From the IMG/VR virus record IMGVR_UViG_3300026546_000001, positions 94,296 to 158,295 of that record: a stretch of DNA of 64,000 nucleotides, one strand, 5' to 3'. Positions 41,101 to 50,090 of the stretch are shown piece by piece. The notes below the pieces were generated by a model. The model searched no databases. It saw nothing but the letters and a program-made list of their open reading frames with translations, and was not told the origin of the DNA. The stretch comes from a virus. Taxonomy: Duplodnaviria; Caudoviricetes. The position numbers and the translations under genes were made by a program. The stretch's first letter is position 1, and each line of letters opens with the position of its first letter.

Positions 41101-41444
41101 CAGTTGATTTTAAAATTGAAGCATATTTACAACCAATATTAAATGAATCATCTACATATAATATACATATAGATTTTTTTGTTAATGATTCTATTATTCC
41201 ATCATATTTTACATTACACATAATGACATTTTCAGACGATAATTATAAAGATTATACTAGTTTTGATATGCACGCTGTTCAAGTAATAAAAGAATATAGA
41301 ACTAATTTAGATTCATATAATTTTACTGCAGATATGAATATTGATCCATATATTCTAGTTGAAGTTACAACTGATAATGGATATGGATTGATTTATAAAC
41401 AAAAAAGAACATATAGTCTTAAAATATTTGATTTTTCAGAATAA
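35196..41444 (+). CDS. Large structural protein, probably baseplate wedge-type
   Basis: 2082 aa; PKD-like YWEWSFGD...HIFESTGSYIVSL; small CBM-like WDCDIEYKVND...YKCL...YWKE; wedge-like YVGSYKAVINAINYFGY; heads a structural operon. Confidence 0.6.
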   Translation: MSLKINLVRINNDGTVTDPYKNPSEMPQNDPRQFNNILKDVFQASAYYENDTIEPFPSIGTYEDKYYWIFTYLNGTNVETCIVNNFEGKRTPNFVFYKEGLNTISLKLIKVNINDPTDIIDYGIVDYIDINLYEIGDTIYGPEYVKLNSENVLFYVKDGAEKYEWNTGSTNSSISLNFYDLKSDNLSCTITHGQQSTILKLTVKTVIGPIVENDYVRTDVTPNLMFFNNKGDNLNFDFVEYEPNLYRWEGDLLFEENSNDTFKTLNLYTLEKVAPITMTNVDELEVSTSGNSLLQYNKLNLIKYQLFNEFGIDFHRSRETKLKILNISASINAEGFYSKWIYGDNFHLKFRVGSEIWVENVNFKNGTPPDFNLKKPGMTTTYEFQTLTVIDSKMDAILVITETENINWNYEYDIENYGLIYSSNFIRVINPDYLDKQWNESNFRNLGLNGLYDKKKLTIVNSQKNDGVYTVNFRENNTNLPYKEKYLKTNILNRKDLKPGYGFEIILNFLANRILLSNTVVDFIPKSITNLFLNRKNLILYEWSFNRDSTPTLLQEGIQFTFEQDGINQNFNWIYTVIKKDKAINILEPNDSDRKGYTLETIDVISCLTDPPTIRIENFDSKTNENKIFDVDITKNKIFMSYVDIYLQTKQTTLTLEYLTNLVQIEINNQAKGINTLWNKDDTKIIILETLGWKLLNVQVISNQNKNGIIVTLNNPPTNNLPTNGIIGGVETELNENTIGYIYHRTSTNTFHIQVDYDIENLLPIWYTIHELQTVIWVDSSGTVEYQQNVQRAAYLTSTEITFKQEWINKELLTAISLLDLDQLEQTNPDAKIFTDIANEQYLMFNNFIVKWQSTFDHYGLNLYLQTDTNVWDCDIEYKVNDYTKFNGIFYKCLVNNIDKQPDEYIGTYWKELDELILLCVERKYLLNSNDNNNPIIENDYMQVDFNGINTFIINTNETSGFIEPLNSSIRYNNVYQIEVLEQLNDEYNHLVGIHKNEKSISKRHIKKVIINDIDKIYGLNIIINGIEFNVNFDNIVTDYDDILNNAYDIQETLFDWGNRLFGVEQDTFSPNDHTDIGLKYYQKLESLGIITYLERSGQYDDYFGTAGLAPYDTIVMVSKYPNVNFTFEIQGTNNRHLIYHSKINFYEIGNILTITINGYTMSVETASIEYTLNLWIETWQLDLEQQHIFVKYNFDNNIHSLIFYTLYDTTKLVYTIWVGITPKPTKRLYDIIDLKPGNEGIIIAGNEVLNLIPYADFQKYNFATGMILSIDGSKWPLNNQEYNILLVDPRNLGLSYQGPFWNSFDLFGEGFDDIDTDPDRVGNQPFDWEQYADTLVKFEVTDFLKINRVDDLNNDASYYQIEFTDVTNVDNDEIAYWEWSFGDDSDKKIITNTNTNYENSTSGIILCGTDATSGTCGYAYVEDIRKVQHIFESTGSYIVSLLIKFTNDTYQKITSVYTITEDYIHERGPQTFDDIILKTREFLRYPREGYDNEPNTYLKWKLIEIDEDISPTNEMFLYDVSGTQLKDEGIYTYIGPKPLFANNDIVYLNDKPNKNLDYIEIPKYQQTIFKEINFELKRIDSEIDITYETEPMQTLVGYKNDDEEVSKKILILEKYNPLTISIKTEKIESNNTDKNLPIDAYKNVVYFIEELNEIRVDRFDTTFIELGIKKDMKFKINGFDNTNTLGQVTFTNSGRIVRVKNFGTNWIKLTDDSHIVNEISWKKSKETVAPYNTISVSFTLELITVPIEIGRFNVIGQTEIEDERFKIMMYNLGLNIQPRHTYIFKKYNIKEAGIDWIYLNNKRKELLFNFPEIYNYVGSYKAVINAINYFGYNDLEFNEYYRNVDENSINYGKLEKLRIHDMLNNLVAGYKLDDQILKFMPSKRYIKTNLFNLTYNITDEKGNNIIAYSVNEVTTKLLGLKQWLNEEMIPIGRRIIDITGHSSNMKSFNYSHDQKNVINLKLSQTISPVDFKIEAYLQPILNESSTYNIHIDFFVNDSIIPSYFTLHIMTFSDDNYKDYTSFDMHAVQVIKEYRTNLDSYNFTADMNIDPYILVEVTTDNGYGLIYKQKRTYSLKIFDFSE

Positions 41445-41492
41445 TGTATATTATTAATAATTAATATATAAATAAATTAATAATATATTATA

Positions 41493-41942
41493 ATGGCGTT
41501 TAAGCATATACAATCAAATGATGTAGTTTATTTATTATCAAGTACTGGAGTACCATCAGGAATAACAATTGGAACAGATACAATACCATCTGGTTCTCTT
41601 TCAGTTGATATAAATGATCCTAAATTATACATATTAAATGGACAAACGTGGGAACGTGTTGGATCTGATACTGGATATGCTGGTGAAGTTGTAACTGTAT
41701 ACCAAACACCAACTGTTTCAAGTAGTACATCTGGATGGATTTTTCCAATTGGAACTGGAACAAACGTATTAGAACCATTAGAAAATACATTATATTTTTA
41801 TGTTAACACACAAAAAACTGTTATTAATGCTGACTGGACTTATGATGATGTTAATCAAGAAATACATTGGATTAGTACATCATATGATTTAGAAACAGAT
41901 GACATAATAGAAATATATTATCAAACAAAATTACCATTATAA
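41493..41942 (+). CDS. Structural protein (tail/baseplate associated)
   Basis: Late motif at 41463-41471; C-terminal YDLETDDIIEIYY resembles the end of 43769..45214. Confidence 0.6.
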   Translation: MAFKHIQSNDVVYLLSSTGVPSGITIGTDTIPSGSLSVDINDPKLYILNGQTWERVGSDTGYAGEVVTVYQTPTVSSSTSGWIFPIGTGTNVLEPLENTLYFYVNTQKTVINADWTYDDVNQEIHWISTSYDLETDDIIEIYYQTKLPL

Positions 41943-41979
41943 TTAATATATAACAAAAATAATAACGCTTCTAAAAGTA

Positions 41980-43752
41980 ATGACAAAATTAAAAAGAAAA
42001 CAACTTGCATTAAACATAGAAAACGCTCCTGATGGTGAATATGGACTTCCTGGTAAAAATATACCAGATGTTCGTGAAGGTGATGTATTAGAAGAAGCGA
42101 TTGATAAAATTATAGAAACACTTGATAAATTATCGCCTGCAACTCCACCATCATTAGATCTACTATCTTTAAGTTTATCTGAAGGTTTAACAGGTCCTGT
42201 AAATGCAAAATTAGCATTTACTGGAACAACTGCATATAATATTTTTAAATTTTCAAATAATTCATATTTAACATATAGAACAACTGGGAATCCATTAAAT
42301 GTTTTAAATAGAGATGGTCATTTTAAATTTGATGAATCTGCTGATGCTAGATTAAGATTTAGGCATGAATATAATGGTAATACAAAAACCGTTGAAATTA
42401 ATTATTTTGATCAATTAACAACTCCACCTCAAGATAATGTGCAATTAATAACAGATTCAACAAATAATTTTAATATTACAATTGATATTGCAGAATTTAG
42501 AGATTTTTATGCAGATGATCCAGATTTATCTGCTACATCATCTAATTTTTACAATTCAGTTAAAAGTGTTAGTTCTGTACAACTTGCAACAACATATAAT
42601 GCAAATGATAGATATGAAAGAGAAGTTTATTTAGAATATTCACAAAAAGGTGATTTTTCTGACGCTATTGTTGTTGGAAACGCACCATTAAAATATAGAA
42701 TAGAAGGAAATGAAACTCCAATCGTAAGTAACACTCCTTCATATTCATTCATATCTCCAATGGTAAGTTATGTGTCAGGTGTTCCAACATTTCAAACTGG
42801 TGATACTTTAAAAATTATTGCAGATATAGATAATTCAGTAAAATATTATTATCCATATAGAGCTGCTAGAACTACTGTAACTGCAACAAATGCAGTTAAT
42901 TATACATTATCTGGAACATACATTGAATATAGCACTATTACAATTGAAAATACACATACAATATTAAATAATCAATATTATGAAACAATTAATGGATCAG
43001 TAACTCCATATGATATATTTTCATCTGGTTCAGCAGCTAATGCATCAACATTAACAAATTATAGAGTTGATACTAAAAGTCTTGCACGTGCTGCTGCCGA
43101 CGTAAATAAACGATTGCAATCACCCATTGATAATGTTGATCCATCTACACCATGGACAACACCATTATCATCATCAAGCGCATATTATGACATGGTTGCA
43201 CATCAAAATAGTTTAGATGATTCTAATGGTGTATATAGACACGCATTACAAGTTAGAAATGGTTTATATGAATATCCAGCAGCAGTCAATTATTCTAATT
43301 ATATAGATGGTAATGGAGATCCTGGTCCTGATTATACAAATACCAATGGTAATTTTCCTGCCTCAGATTGGAGATATATTGATATTAAAATAGGATCAAT
43401 TAATAATATTACATCATTAAAATTAAATTTTGGTGGCGCAACTTGGAATTCAAAACAACCTGATGGATTAATTATTTTGTTAAGAGTTGACGGATCTGCA
43501 CCAACTGGTGGTGATGGGTGGTTAAATTGTATGGCAGCATATGGTGGTAGTGGAAATCCAACAGGTACAGATGATCCTGTTGGTCCATCTACTGCGCGTG
43601 ATGCATATGTGATAAATAGTCCAGATTCAACTAATAATGGACGAATAAGATATATTACATTTGGAAGCGATCCAAAAATTGGAGATGTTATCGTTAGAGT
43701 TGGAATAAGACAAGGAACTAGTAATAGATTTGCGACAATTACAATAACATAA
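41980..43752 (+). CDS. Structural protein (beta-rich, Thr/Ser/Gly-rich)
   Basis: Late motif at 41945-41953; virion-like composition. Confidence 0.6.
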   Translation: MTKLKRKQLALNIENAPDGEYGLPGKNIPDVREGDVLEEAIDKIIETLDKLSPATPPSLDLLSLSLSEGLTGPVNAKLAFTGTTAYNIFKFSNNSYLTYRTTGNPLNVLNRDGHFKFDESADARLRFRHEYNGNTKTVEINYFDQLTTPPQDNVQLITDSTNNFNITIDIAEFRDFYADDPDLSATSSNFYNSVKSVSSVQLATTYNANDRYEREVYLEYSQKGDFSDAIVVGNAPLKYRIEGNETPIVSNTPSYSFISPMVSYVSGVPTFQTGDTLKIIADIDNSVKYYYPYRAARTTVTATNAVNYTLSGTYIEYSTITIENTHTILNNQYYETINGSVTPYDIFSSGSAANASTLTNYRVDTKSLARAAADVNKRLQSPIDNVDPSTPWTTPLSSSSAYYDMVAHQNSLDDSNGVYRHALQVRNGLYEYPAAVNYSNYIDGNGDPGPDYTNTNGNFPASDWRYIDIKIGSINNITSLKLNFGGATWNSKQPDGLIILLRVDGSAPTGGDGWLNCMAAYGGSGNPTGTDDPVGPSTARDAYVINSPDSTNNGRIRYITFGSDPKIGDVIVRVGIRQGTSNRFATITIT

Positions 43753-43768
43753 AAAATAGAGTTATAAA

Positions 43769-45214
43769 ATGGCAATAACAGACAGACAAAATCAATTATA
43801 TACAGATTTATTATTTAAAAAAATAGCAGCCGGAGTATCAAATTCAAATCCTGATACACCTTATTTTGAACAGCCTATTACAGGAAGAAGTTTTGTAGAT
43901 TTATCTCAAATTTGGATTGATTCTAATAAAATACCTACTGTTGCACAAGAAGTTCCAAATGTTGTTAAATATTTGTCTGTAGTTCAATTAACTCCTATTA
44001 ATGGATTTCCATTGTCATATTGGTTTGGTGTTCCAAAACGAATAATACCATTTAATTATGGTGATGGAACAAGTTATAGTTATGTATTACAAACTGGAGG
44101 CGGCGATCCAATATTTTCTGGTGCAAATGAATGGTATTTAGATCCTGACACTGGTGTTTTGACATTTATGGATGGTAATCCTCCAGGTGTTGATCCATCA
44201 AATCCACCTTATATTAGTTGTTATGAATATATTGGATTAACAGCTGATGATACTGGTTGGGGTGGCGGAAGTGGAAGTAATAATGGTTCTATTGGAGAAT
44301 GGCAAGATTCAGTATTAGGATATTCAAATAGTTTAAGTAATAGTACAGCAGGACAAACTACTATTGATATTTATAAAGATACTGAATTAACAGAATATGC
44401 TGCAACTGTTACAATAACTAATGGAACTAGGTTTATTCATATTGGACCTGATGCATTAAATTTACCAATTTATAATCCTGAAACAGATACAACAACTAAT
44501 GGTAGTATAGTTGAAAATCAAATTGCAACATATTGGGATGCAGCTGCAAATTCTACAAATAATGGTGGTTGGATTTTATATACGCCAACTACTGGAACTT
44601 TTTCATCTGTTGATTACAATTTACATTCTATTATTAGATTTGATAGTTCAACATGGATAAATCAATATTTTGAAAAAACTATTCCAAACGAAATAGAATT
44701 AATACCTGAAGCAAGCGCTCCAGAAATCAATGATTGGCAAATATTAACAAATACAAAATTACCACTAATACCTAGTGTTATAGATACTGAATTATACATT
44801 AATAATATAAAAACAATTGAAATTGAACCACGAAGAGCATACGCATTTGGTACAGTAACAACTGTTGATGCATCTGGAGACATAACGAATGGTGCGCCAC
44901 AAAGTTTTGAGATTGTAAATGCTGGAACATTTTATGTTGGTCAAATTTTAAAAATAACAACGCCAAATTATGGTTATGTTAATATTATAAGTATTGATAA
45001 TAATATAGCTATTGTAAGCTCAAATGTTGGTTCAAATATAACAGGCATTAGTACATTAGATACAATAAATATTGCTGATAATATTTTAGATGCTGTTGCT
45101 AATGCTAATAATAATTTAGATAATGTTCTAATGTTTTGGCATTCTGTAAATGCTGGATATCATATTGAAAATGATGATATAATAATGTTTAAATTTAATG
45201 TTAGTGAAACATAA
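43769..45214 (+). CDS. Structural protein
   Basis: WYLDPDTGVLTF...YEYIG motif typical of baseplate/tail proteins; operon context. Confidence 0.6.
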   Translation: MAITDRQNQLYTDLLFKKIAAGVSNSNPDTPYFEQPITGRSFVDLSQIWIDSNKIPTVAQEVPNVVKYLSVVQLTPINGFPLSYWFGVPKRIIPFNYGDGTSYSYVLQTGGGDPIFSGANEWYLDPDTGVLTFMDGNPPGVDPSNPPYISCYEYIGLTADDTGWGGGSGSNNGSIGEWQDSVLGYSNSLSNSTAGQTTIDIYKDTELTEYAATVTITNGTRFIHIGPDALNLPIYNPETDTTTNGSIVENQIATYWDAAANSTNNGGWILYTPTTGTFSSVDYNLHSIIRFDSSTWINQYFEKTIPNEIELIPEASAPEINDWQILTNTKLPLIPSVIDTELYINNIKTIEIEPRRAYAFGTVTTVDASGDITNGAPQSFEIVNAGTFYVGQILKITTPNYGYVNIISIDNNIAIVSSNVGSNITGISTLDTINIADNILDAVANANNNLDNVLMFWHSVNAGYHIENDDIIMFKFNVSET

Positions 45215-45240
45215 TAATTTATATAAATAATAAAAATATA

Positions 45241-45606
45241 ATGTATAACGTGAATAAAATACCTGGAAAACAAATTATATTAGATACTGATGGAAATTTA
45301 AGTGCAAACTCCGATATATTAATACCATCTCAAAAAGCTGTAAAATCATATGTTGATAATTCTATAAATGTATTTAAAAAAGTATATACAATATATGGTG
45401 ATGATAATACGACAGTATTCACTATACAACATAATATTGGAACAATGGATGTAATTGTTCAAGTTTATTCATATACACCAAGTACAGCAGGAGGATCATA
45501 TGAAAATATGAATGTAGAAATAAAACGTGTTGATGATAATGCAATAACAGTTCAATTTGCTGTAGCTCCTCCTAGTTCTGAATCATTCAGAGTACTTGTT
45601 ATGTAA
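45241..45606 (+). CDS. Small fibre-like structural protein
   Basis: IPSQKAVKSYVD and FTIQHNIGTMDVIVQVY...ITVQF are common fibre/decoration motifs. Confidence 0.65.
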   Translation: MYNVNKIPGKQIILDTDGNLSANSDILIPSQKAVKSYVDNSINVFKKVYTIYGDDNTTVFTIQHNIGTMDVIVQVYSYTPSTAGGSYENMNVEIKRVDDNAITVQFAVAPPSSESFRVLVM

Positions 45607-45768
45607 TTTCCAATCTGGAGGTAATTTATCTTTATATTTTTTATGAACATATGTGTTGTATAAAACAGGACCATTAATTTTAGTTATTTTTATTAAATCT
45701 TCAAATTCATATTCTTCTAAATCAAAACTACATACAATTTTGTTTTTTTTACGTCCTCTTTTAGCCAT
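45583..45768 (-). CDS. Small hypothetical protein
   Basis: 61 aa, follows 45772..45972 in the same direction. Confidence 0.5.
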   Translation of the reverse strand: MAKRGRKKNKIVCSFDLEEYEFEDLIKITKINGPVLYNTYVHKKYKDKLPPDWKLHNKYSE

Positions 45769-45771
45769 AAT

Positions 45772-45972
45772 TTATTCTAAATTTAAATATTCTTTTTTAT
45801 CATCGTTTTCCATGTTACCAGGGACAATCATATATTTTCTTGTTTTATTTTTTGGTTTCATTGCAGTTAAATTATAAATAAGTCTTAATCTTTCATCTTC
45901 AGACATTATAAATAATACTGGTTCTTTATCTGTGTCAAATCTTAGTTTTTCATTTCCAATTCTTATTATCAT
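45772..45972 (-). CDS. Small hypothetical protein
   Basis: 66 aa, downstream of the Mre11-like gene. Confidence 0.55.
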   Translation of the reverse strand: MIIRIGNEKLRFDTDKEPVLFIMSEDERLRLIYNLTAMKPKNKTRKYMIVPGNMENDDKKEYLNLE

Positions 45973-46019
45973 AATATTATATTTATTTTTTTAATTTATA
46001 ATTTTTATTATTGTAAAGT

Positions 46020-47105
46020 TTAATCTTTTTTTGTGGTTTCGTAAATTTCAAACATTTGATCAAGTATTTTTAATATATGATCTTTTATAATACTATTCTC
46101 TTCAAATTTTTGTTTATTTACATACTCGTATGTAAGTTTTTTAATATTATAATCTACTTCACCTTCAACAAAATCAACATCTGCTTCATCTACAACATCT
46201 TCTAATTCTATTTCATCTTGCCAATCAATTTTTTCAAACTTATTATTTTGTAATAATTCTTCTACTTTACTTCTTATTTCTTTATTTTCAATTAATAATT
46301 TATTAGATATTTTTAAATCTATTCTATCTTTATTATAATTATCTAAATTTAGTTTTTTAATATCTTCAGCTTTAGTTATTTCTAATATTTTGTATTCCGG
46401 AGAAATTTTATTTGGTATAAAATCATATGTTCCTTTATCAATATCTAATATGTATAAACCTTTTTGATCATCTATATCATGTCTAGTTAGATGATATGGT
46501 GATCCTACAAATTGAAAATTATATGTTTTTTGTCTTAAATGAATATGACCCGACCAAACTTGTTTAAAATTTTTAAAATCTTTTATGTCCATTCCACCAC
46601 GCATTTTAACTTTTTTGTTATTATATGCACCTTTTAAATCAGAATGACAAAACACATAATCAGCTTTAGTTTTATTTAATAATTCACGTTCATCTTTTTT
46701 ATATTGCATCCAAGGCATCATTAAAGCGTTTTTAGTACTTAATTTAATTAATTTTGGATTTTCATATAATGTGACATTATTAATATGTTTAGTCCATTTC
46801 ATACTATGAATACTATTATCATATTCAGTATAAATATCATGATTACCTAATATTATATGAACTGGTAAAATTGATGCCATTTTTTCAACTAATTCTACAC
46901 CATAATCAATTACATTTACAGGTAATATTGATCTATCATCAAAAAAATCTCCTAAGTGTATTATAATATCTCCATCTTCTTTATATTTTTCAATAGTTGG
47001 AAAAAAGAAATTGTCAAAATAATCTTTAACAACATCATATAGCCAATAATCTAATTTTATTGGGTGCGATCCTAAATGTGTATCGCTTATTAAAAAAGCT
47101 TTCAT
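46020..47105 (-). CDS. Mre11/SbcD-like nuclease (T4 gp47-like)
   Basis: SDTHLG, LGDFFD, LGNHD, SGHIH, VGSPY metallophosphoesterase motifs. Confidence 0.93.
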   Translation of the reverse strand: MKAFLISDTHLGSHPIKLDYWLYDVVKDYFDNFFFPTIEKYKEDGDIIIHLGDFFDDRSILPVNVIDYGVELVEKMASILPVHIILGNHDIYTEYDNSIHSMKWTKHINNVTLYENPKLIKLSTKNALMMPWMQYKKDERELLNKTKADYVFCHSDLKGAYNNKKVKMRGGMDIKDFKNFKQVWSGHIHLRQKTYNFQFVGSPYHLTRHDIDDQKGLYILDIDKGTYDFIPNKISPEYKILEITKAEDIKKLNLDNYNKDRIDLKISNKLLIENKEIRSKVEELLQNNKFEKIDWQDEIELEDVVDEADVDFVEGEVDYNIKKLTYEYVNKQKFEENSIIKDHILKILDQMFEIYETTKKD

Positions 47106-47184
47106 ATATAAAGTATTATTAGTTTATTGTATATTATAATATAAATATGTTAATTAGTTTAATAAAAAATAAATATATAAATAT

Positions 47185-48612
47185 ATGGCAAAAAGAAGAA
47201 GAACTAAAAAACGAAAAAACGTTGTAAGTACAATTGGTATTGTAGTAGCAAAGGTTTTAAATAGAAATATACCTGAGCCAACTGGCAAAGCGTCAGAACA
47301 TAAACATAATAAAAAAAATAATATACAGCATTATGAAAATACTAAACAAGAAGAAACTAACGAAATTAATAAAAAAACACAAAAAGACAATATCCAAAAA
47401 AATATTGAAAACGAAAAACGAAAAAATGAAATCATTGAAAATATTAATAAAAAAACATCTGAAAAACTTAAAGAATTACAAAAAGAAACAATTAAAATTG
47501 ATCAACAAAAAAACGAAAAAATAGAATTATTAATAATTAAAAAAGAACCAATTGAAGAACCTGAAATTGAAAAACATGAAATTGAAAAACCTGCAATTGC
47601 AGAAGCAGTTGAAGAACCAATTGAAGAACATAAAATTGAAGAACAAATTGAAGAATCAGTTGAAGAACAAATTGAAGAATCAGTTGAAGAACCAATTGAA
47701 GAGTCTGCAATTGAAGAAGTAGTTGAAGAACCAATTGAAGAACCAATTGAAGAGTCTGCAATTGAAGAAGTAGTTGAAGAACCAATTGAAGAACCAATTG
47801 AAGAGTTTGCAATTGCAGAAGTAGTTGAAGAACCGATTGAAGAACCAATTGAAGAGTCTGCAATTGAAGAAGTAGTTGAAGAACCTGTAATTGAAGAACC
47901 AATTGAAGAGTCTGCAATTGAAGAAGTAGTTGAAGAACCAATTGAAGAAACAATTGAAGAGTCTGCAATTGCAGAAGTAGTTGAAGAACCGATTGAAGAA
48001 CCAATTGAAGAGTCTGCAATTGAAGAAGTAGTTGAAGAACCAATTGAAGAAACAATTGAAGAGTCTGCAATTGAAGAAGTAGTTGAAGAACCAATTGAAG
48101 AAGTAGTTGAAGAACCAATTAAAGAAGTAGTTGAAGAATCTGCAATTGAAGAACCAATTAAAGAACCAATTGAAGAACCTGCAATTGAAGAATCAATTGA
48201 AGAACCAATTGAAAAAGTAGTTGAAGAAGTAGTTGAAGAACCAATTGAAAAACCAATTGAAGAAGTAGTTGAAGAACCAATTGAAAAACCAATTGAAGAA
48301 GTAGTTGAAAAACCAATTGAAGAAGTAGTTGAAGAACCAATTGAAAAACCAATTGAAGAACCAATTAAAGAAGTAGTTGAAGAACCAATAATTAAAGAAA
48401 ATAAAAAAGATTTTCATATAAATAATACAAATTTAATACAACAACGTTTTTATAACATGAGTAAATCTAATAATTTTGAATTATATTATAAAAATATAAA
48501 AATATATGATACAGATACATGTAGATTTAAAATAAATTTTGAAAAAGATTATGTTATTATTGAAAATGAAAAATATAGTTATAATCATTTAACTATTAAA
48601 AATAAAAATTAA
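47185..48612 (+). CDS. Glu-rich tandem-repeat protein with a basic N-terminus
   Basis: MAKRRRTKKRK start and about 280 aa of EESAIEEVVEEPIEEPI-type repeats; late motif at 47172-47180. Confidence 0.8.
   Translation: MAKRRRTKKRKNVVSTIGIVVAKVLNRNIPEPTGKASEHKHNKKNNIQHYENTKQEETNEINKKTQKDNIQKNIENEKRKNEIIENINKKTSEKLKELQKETIKIDQQKNEKIELLIIKKEPIEEPEIEKHEIEKPAIAEAVEEPIEEHKIEEQIEESVEEQIEESVEEPIEESAIEEVVEEPIEEPIEESAIEEVVEEPIEEPIEEFAIAEVVEEPIEEPIEESAIEEVVEEPVIEEPIEESAIEEVVEEPIEETIEESAIAEVVEEPIEEPIEESAIEEVVEEPIEETIEESAIEEVVEEPIEEVVEEPIKEVVEESAIEEPIKEPIEEPAIEESIEEPIEKVVEEVVEEPIEKPIEEVVEEPIEKPIEEVVEKPIEEVVEEPIEKPIEEPIKEVVEEPIIKENKKDFHINNTNLIQQRFYNMSKSNNFELYYKNIKIYDTDTCRFKINFEKDYVIIENEKYSYNHLTIKNKN
47545..48390 (+). 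repeat. Coding minisatellite (about 51-bp units built from shorter subunits)
   Basis: gaagagtctgcaattgaagaagtagttgaagaaccaattgaagaaccaatt repeated about 8 times, with degenerate flanking copies. Confidence 0.95.
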
Positions 48613-48622
48613 AAAATATAAG

Positions 48623-50089
48623 ATGAAACACATTTATAATTATGATAATTATTTATTATTAGAAGGTAAAAATAAATTAAAAGTTTTTGTAACAGCTTGG
48701 AATATATTAACGCTTGGACAAGGAAATAGATTATTAAATAAATTAAGAAACATTGTTAGTATTAAAGCATATTTAATAAAATCAAAAATAATAAGAATTG
48801 ATAAAATTTTAAGTGATACAATTCTTAAATATGATAATATATTAACAAAACGTTCAAATAAAGTTAAAGAAAAAGAAAAAGAACTATCTAATAAAATTGA
48901 AAATGAAATATCTCATATTCAATTCCCTGATGTTAAAAAATTAGCATTTAACATATTATTAAAATATGAAAAATTATTAAGAATTTTAACATTTAATAAA
49001 GATGCATTAAAAATATTAAAAATTATAAAAACTAATATTAATACTATTGATGATGATTATGATAATGCAAAATTAATAATAAATGATTTAGAAATATTAA
49101 CAGATAAATTAGATGAACATATTAAAAATATAATGAAACACGATAGAACAAAACTTTTACCATTATATAAATTAAAAAATATTGTAATTTCTGCTACACA
49201 AATAATAAATTATAAATCAAATAAAGAAAATGATAGTAATACAAAACAACGATTAACTGATTTGTGGAATATAAAAATTAATGAATTATATCAAATATAT
49301 GATGAATATTTAAATGTTAATGTTTTATCAAACGTATTTAATATATCTAATTATCATGTTGAGACAAAAAATGATCCAAAATTAGATGAATTAATTCAAG
49401 AAGTTCCAGATGCAGTTAAAGATATATCTAAAAATGTTTCAGATGTTACAATAATTAGACCATTTGACGATTTTAATTTAAAAGAAAAAGAATATTATAT
49501 GTTTAATATGAATGATTATAATATTGTAATGTATCATGTTGGAAAAAATTCAAATAATATTAATACATTTGTTGCACTTGGAACATATAAATATAGTTCA
49601 GCAAAAAAACAATATATTCGTCAACCATTTAAAAATAAAAAATATTCTAAATTGAATGAAGCACCGCACATTTTTTATTACGTTTCAAATTTAAAATCAT
49701 ATATTATTGAAAGAATTGAAACAGTTTCTTCTTCAGAATTAAATTATGCAATACACGATTTAAGTACACCAATAACAATGAAAACATATATTAAAGCATT
49801 TATAAATGATGCTAAACATTTAAGTAATTTTATTACATATGTAAAACAAAGTTTTATCAAAATGATATGGCAAAAAGAATATATTAATTGTGGTAGTTTA
49901 ACTGATGAATTTAAAAATGCAATATTATTAGATAAAAGTTTAATTAGTAACATTGATGTTATTAATAATACTGATTTTGATAAAAAAAATAAAAGAATTG
50001 AACAACTTATTTTAAATGAAGTTGGATGGAATAAAAATATGACATATTTAGAATGTAAAAAGAAAATACTTAAAATAAATAATCCATAA
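48623..50089 (+). CDS. Hypothetical protein, possible internal head protein
   Basis: N-terminal MKHIYNYDNYLLLE resembles a capsid-targeting sequence. Confidence 0.65.
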   Translation: MKHIYNYDNYLLLEGKNKLKVFVTAWNILTLGQGNRLLNKLRNIVSIKAYLIKSKIIRIDKILSDTILKYDNILTKRSNKVKEKEKELSNKIENEISHIQFPDVKKLAFNILLKYEKLLRILTFNKDALKILKIIKTNINTIDDDYDNAKLIINDLEILTDKLDEHIKNIMKHDRTKLLPLYKLKNIVISATQIINYKSNKENDSNTKQRLTDLWNIKINELYQIYDEYLNVNVLSNVFNISNYHVETKNDPKLDELIQEVPDAVKDISKNVSDVTIIRPFDDFNLKEKEYYMFNMNDYNIVMYHVGKNSNNINTFVALGTYKYSSAKKQYIRQPFKNKKYSKLNEAPHIFYYVSNLKSYIIERIETVSSSELNYAIHDLSTPITMKTYIKAFINDAKHLSNFITYVKQSFIKMIWQKEYINCGSLTDEFKNAILLDKSLISNIDVINNTDFDKKNKRIEQLILNEVGWNKNMTYLECKKKILKINNP

Positions 50090-50090
50090 T

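Noticed and set aside
47537-48417. CRISPR array, or LQL/FFNW repeat proteins on the minus strand
   Set aside because: There are no unique spacers; these are antisense readings of the in-frame Glu-rich minisatellite.
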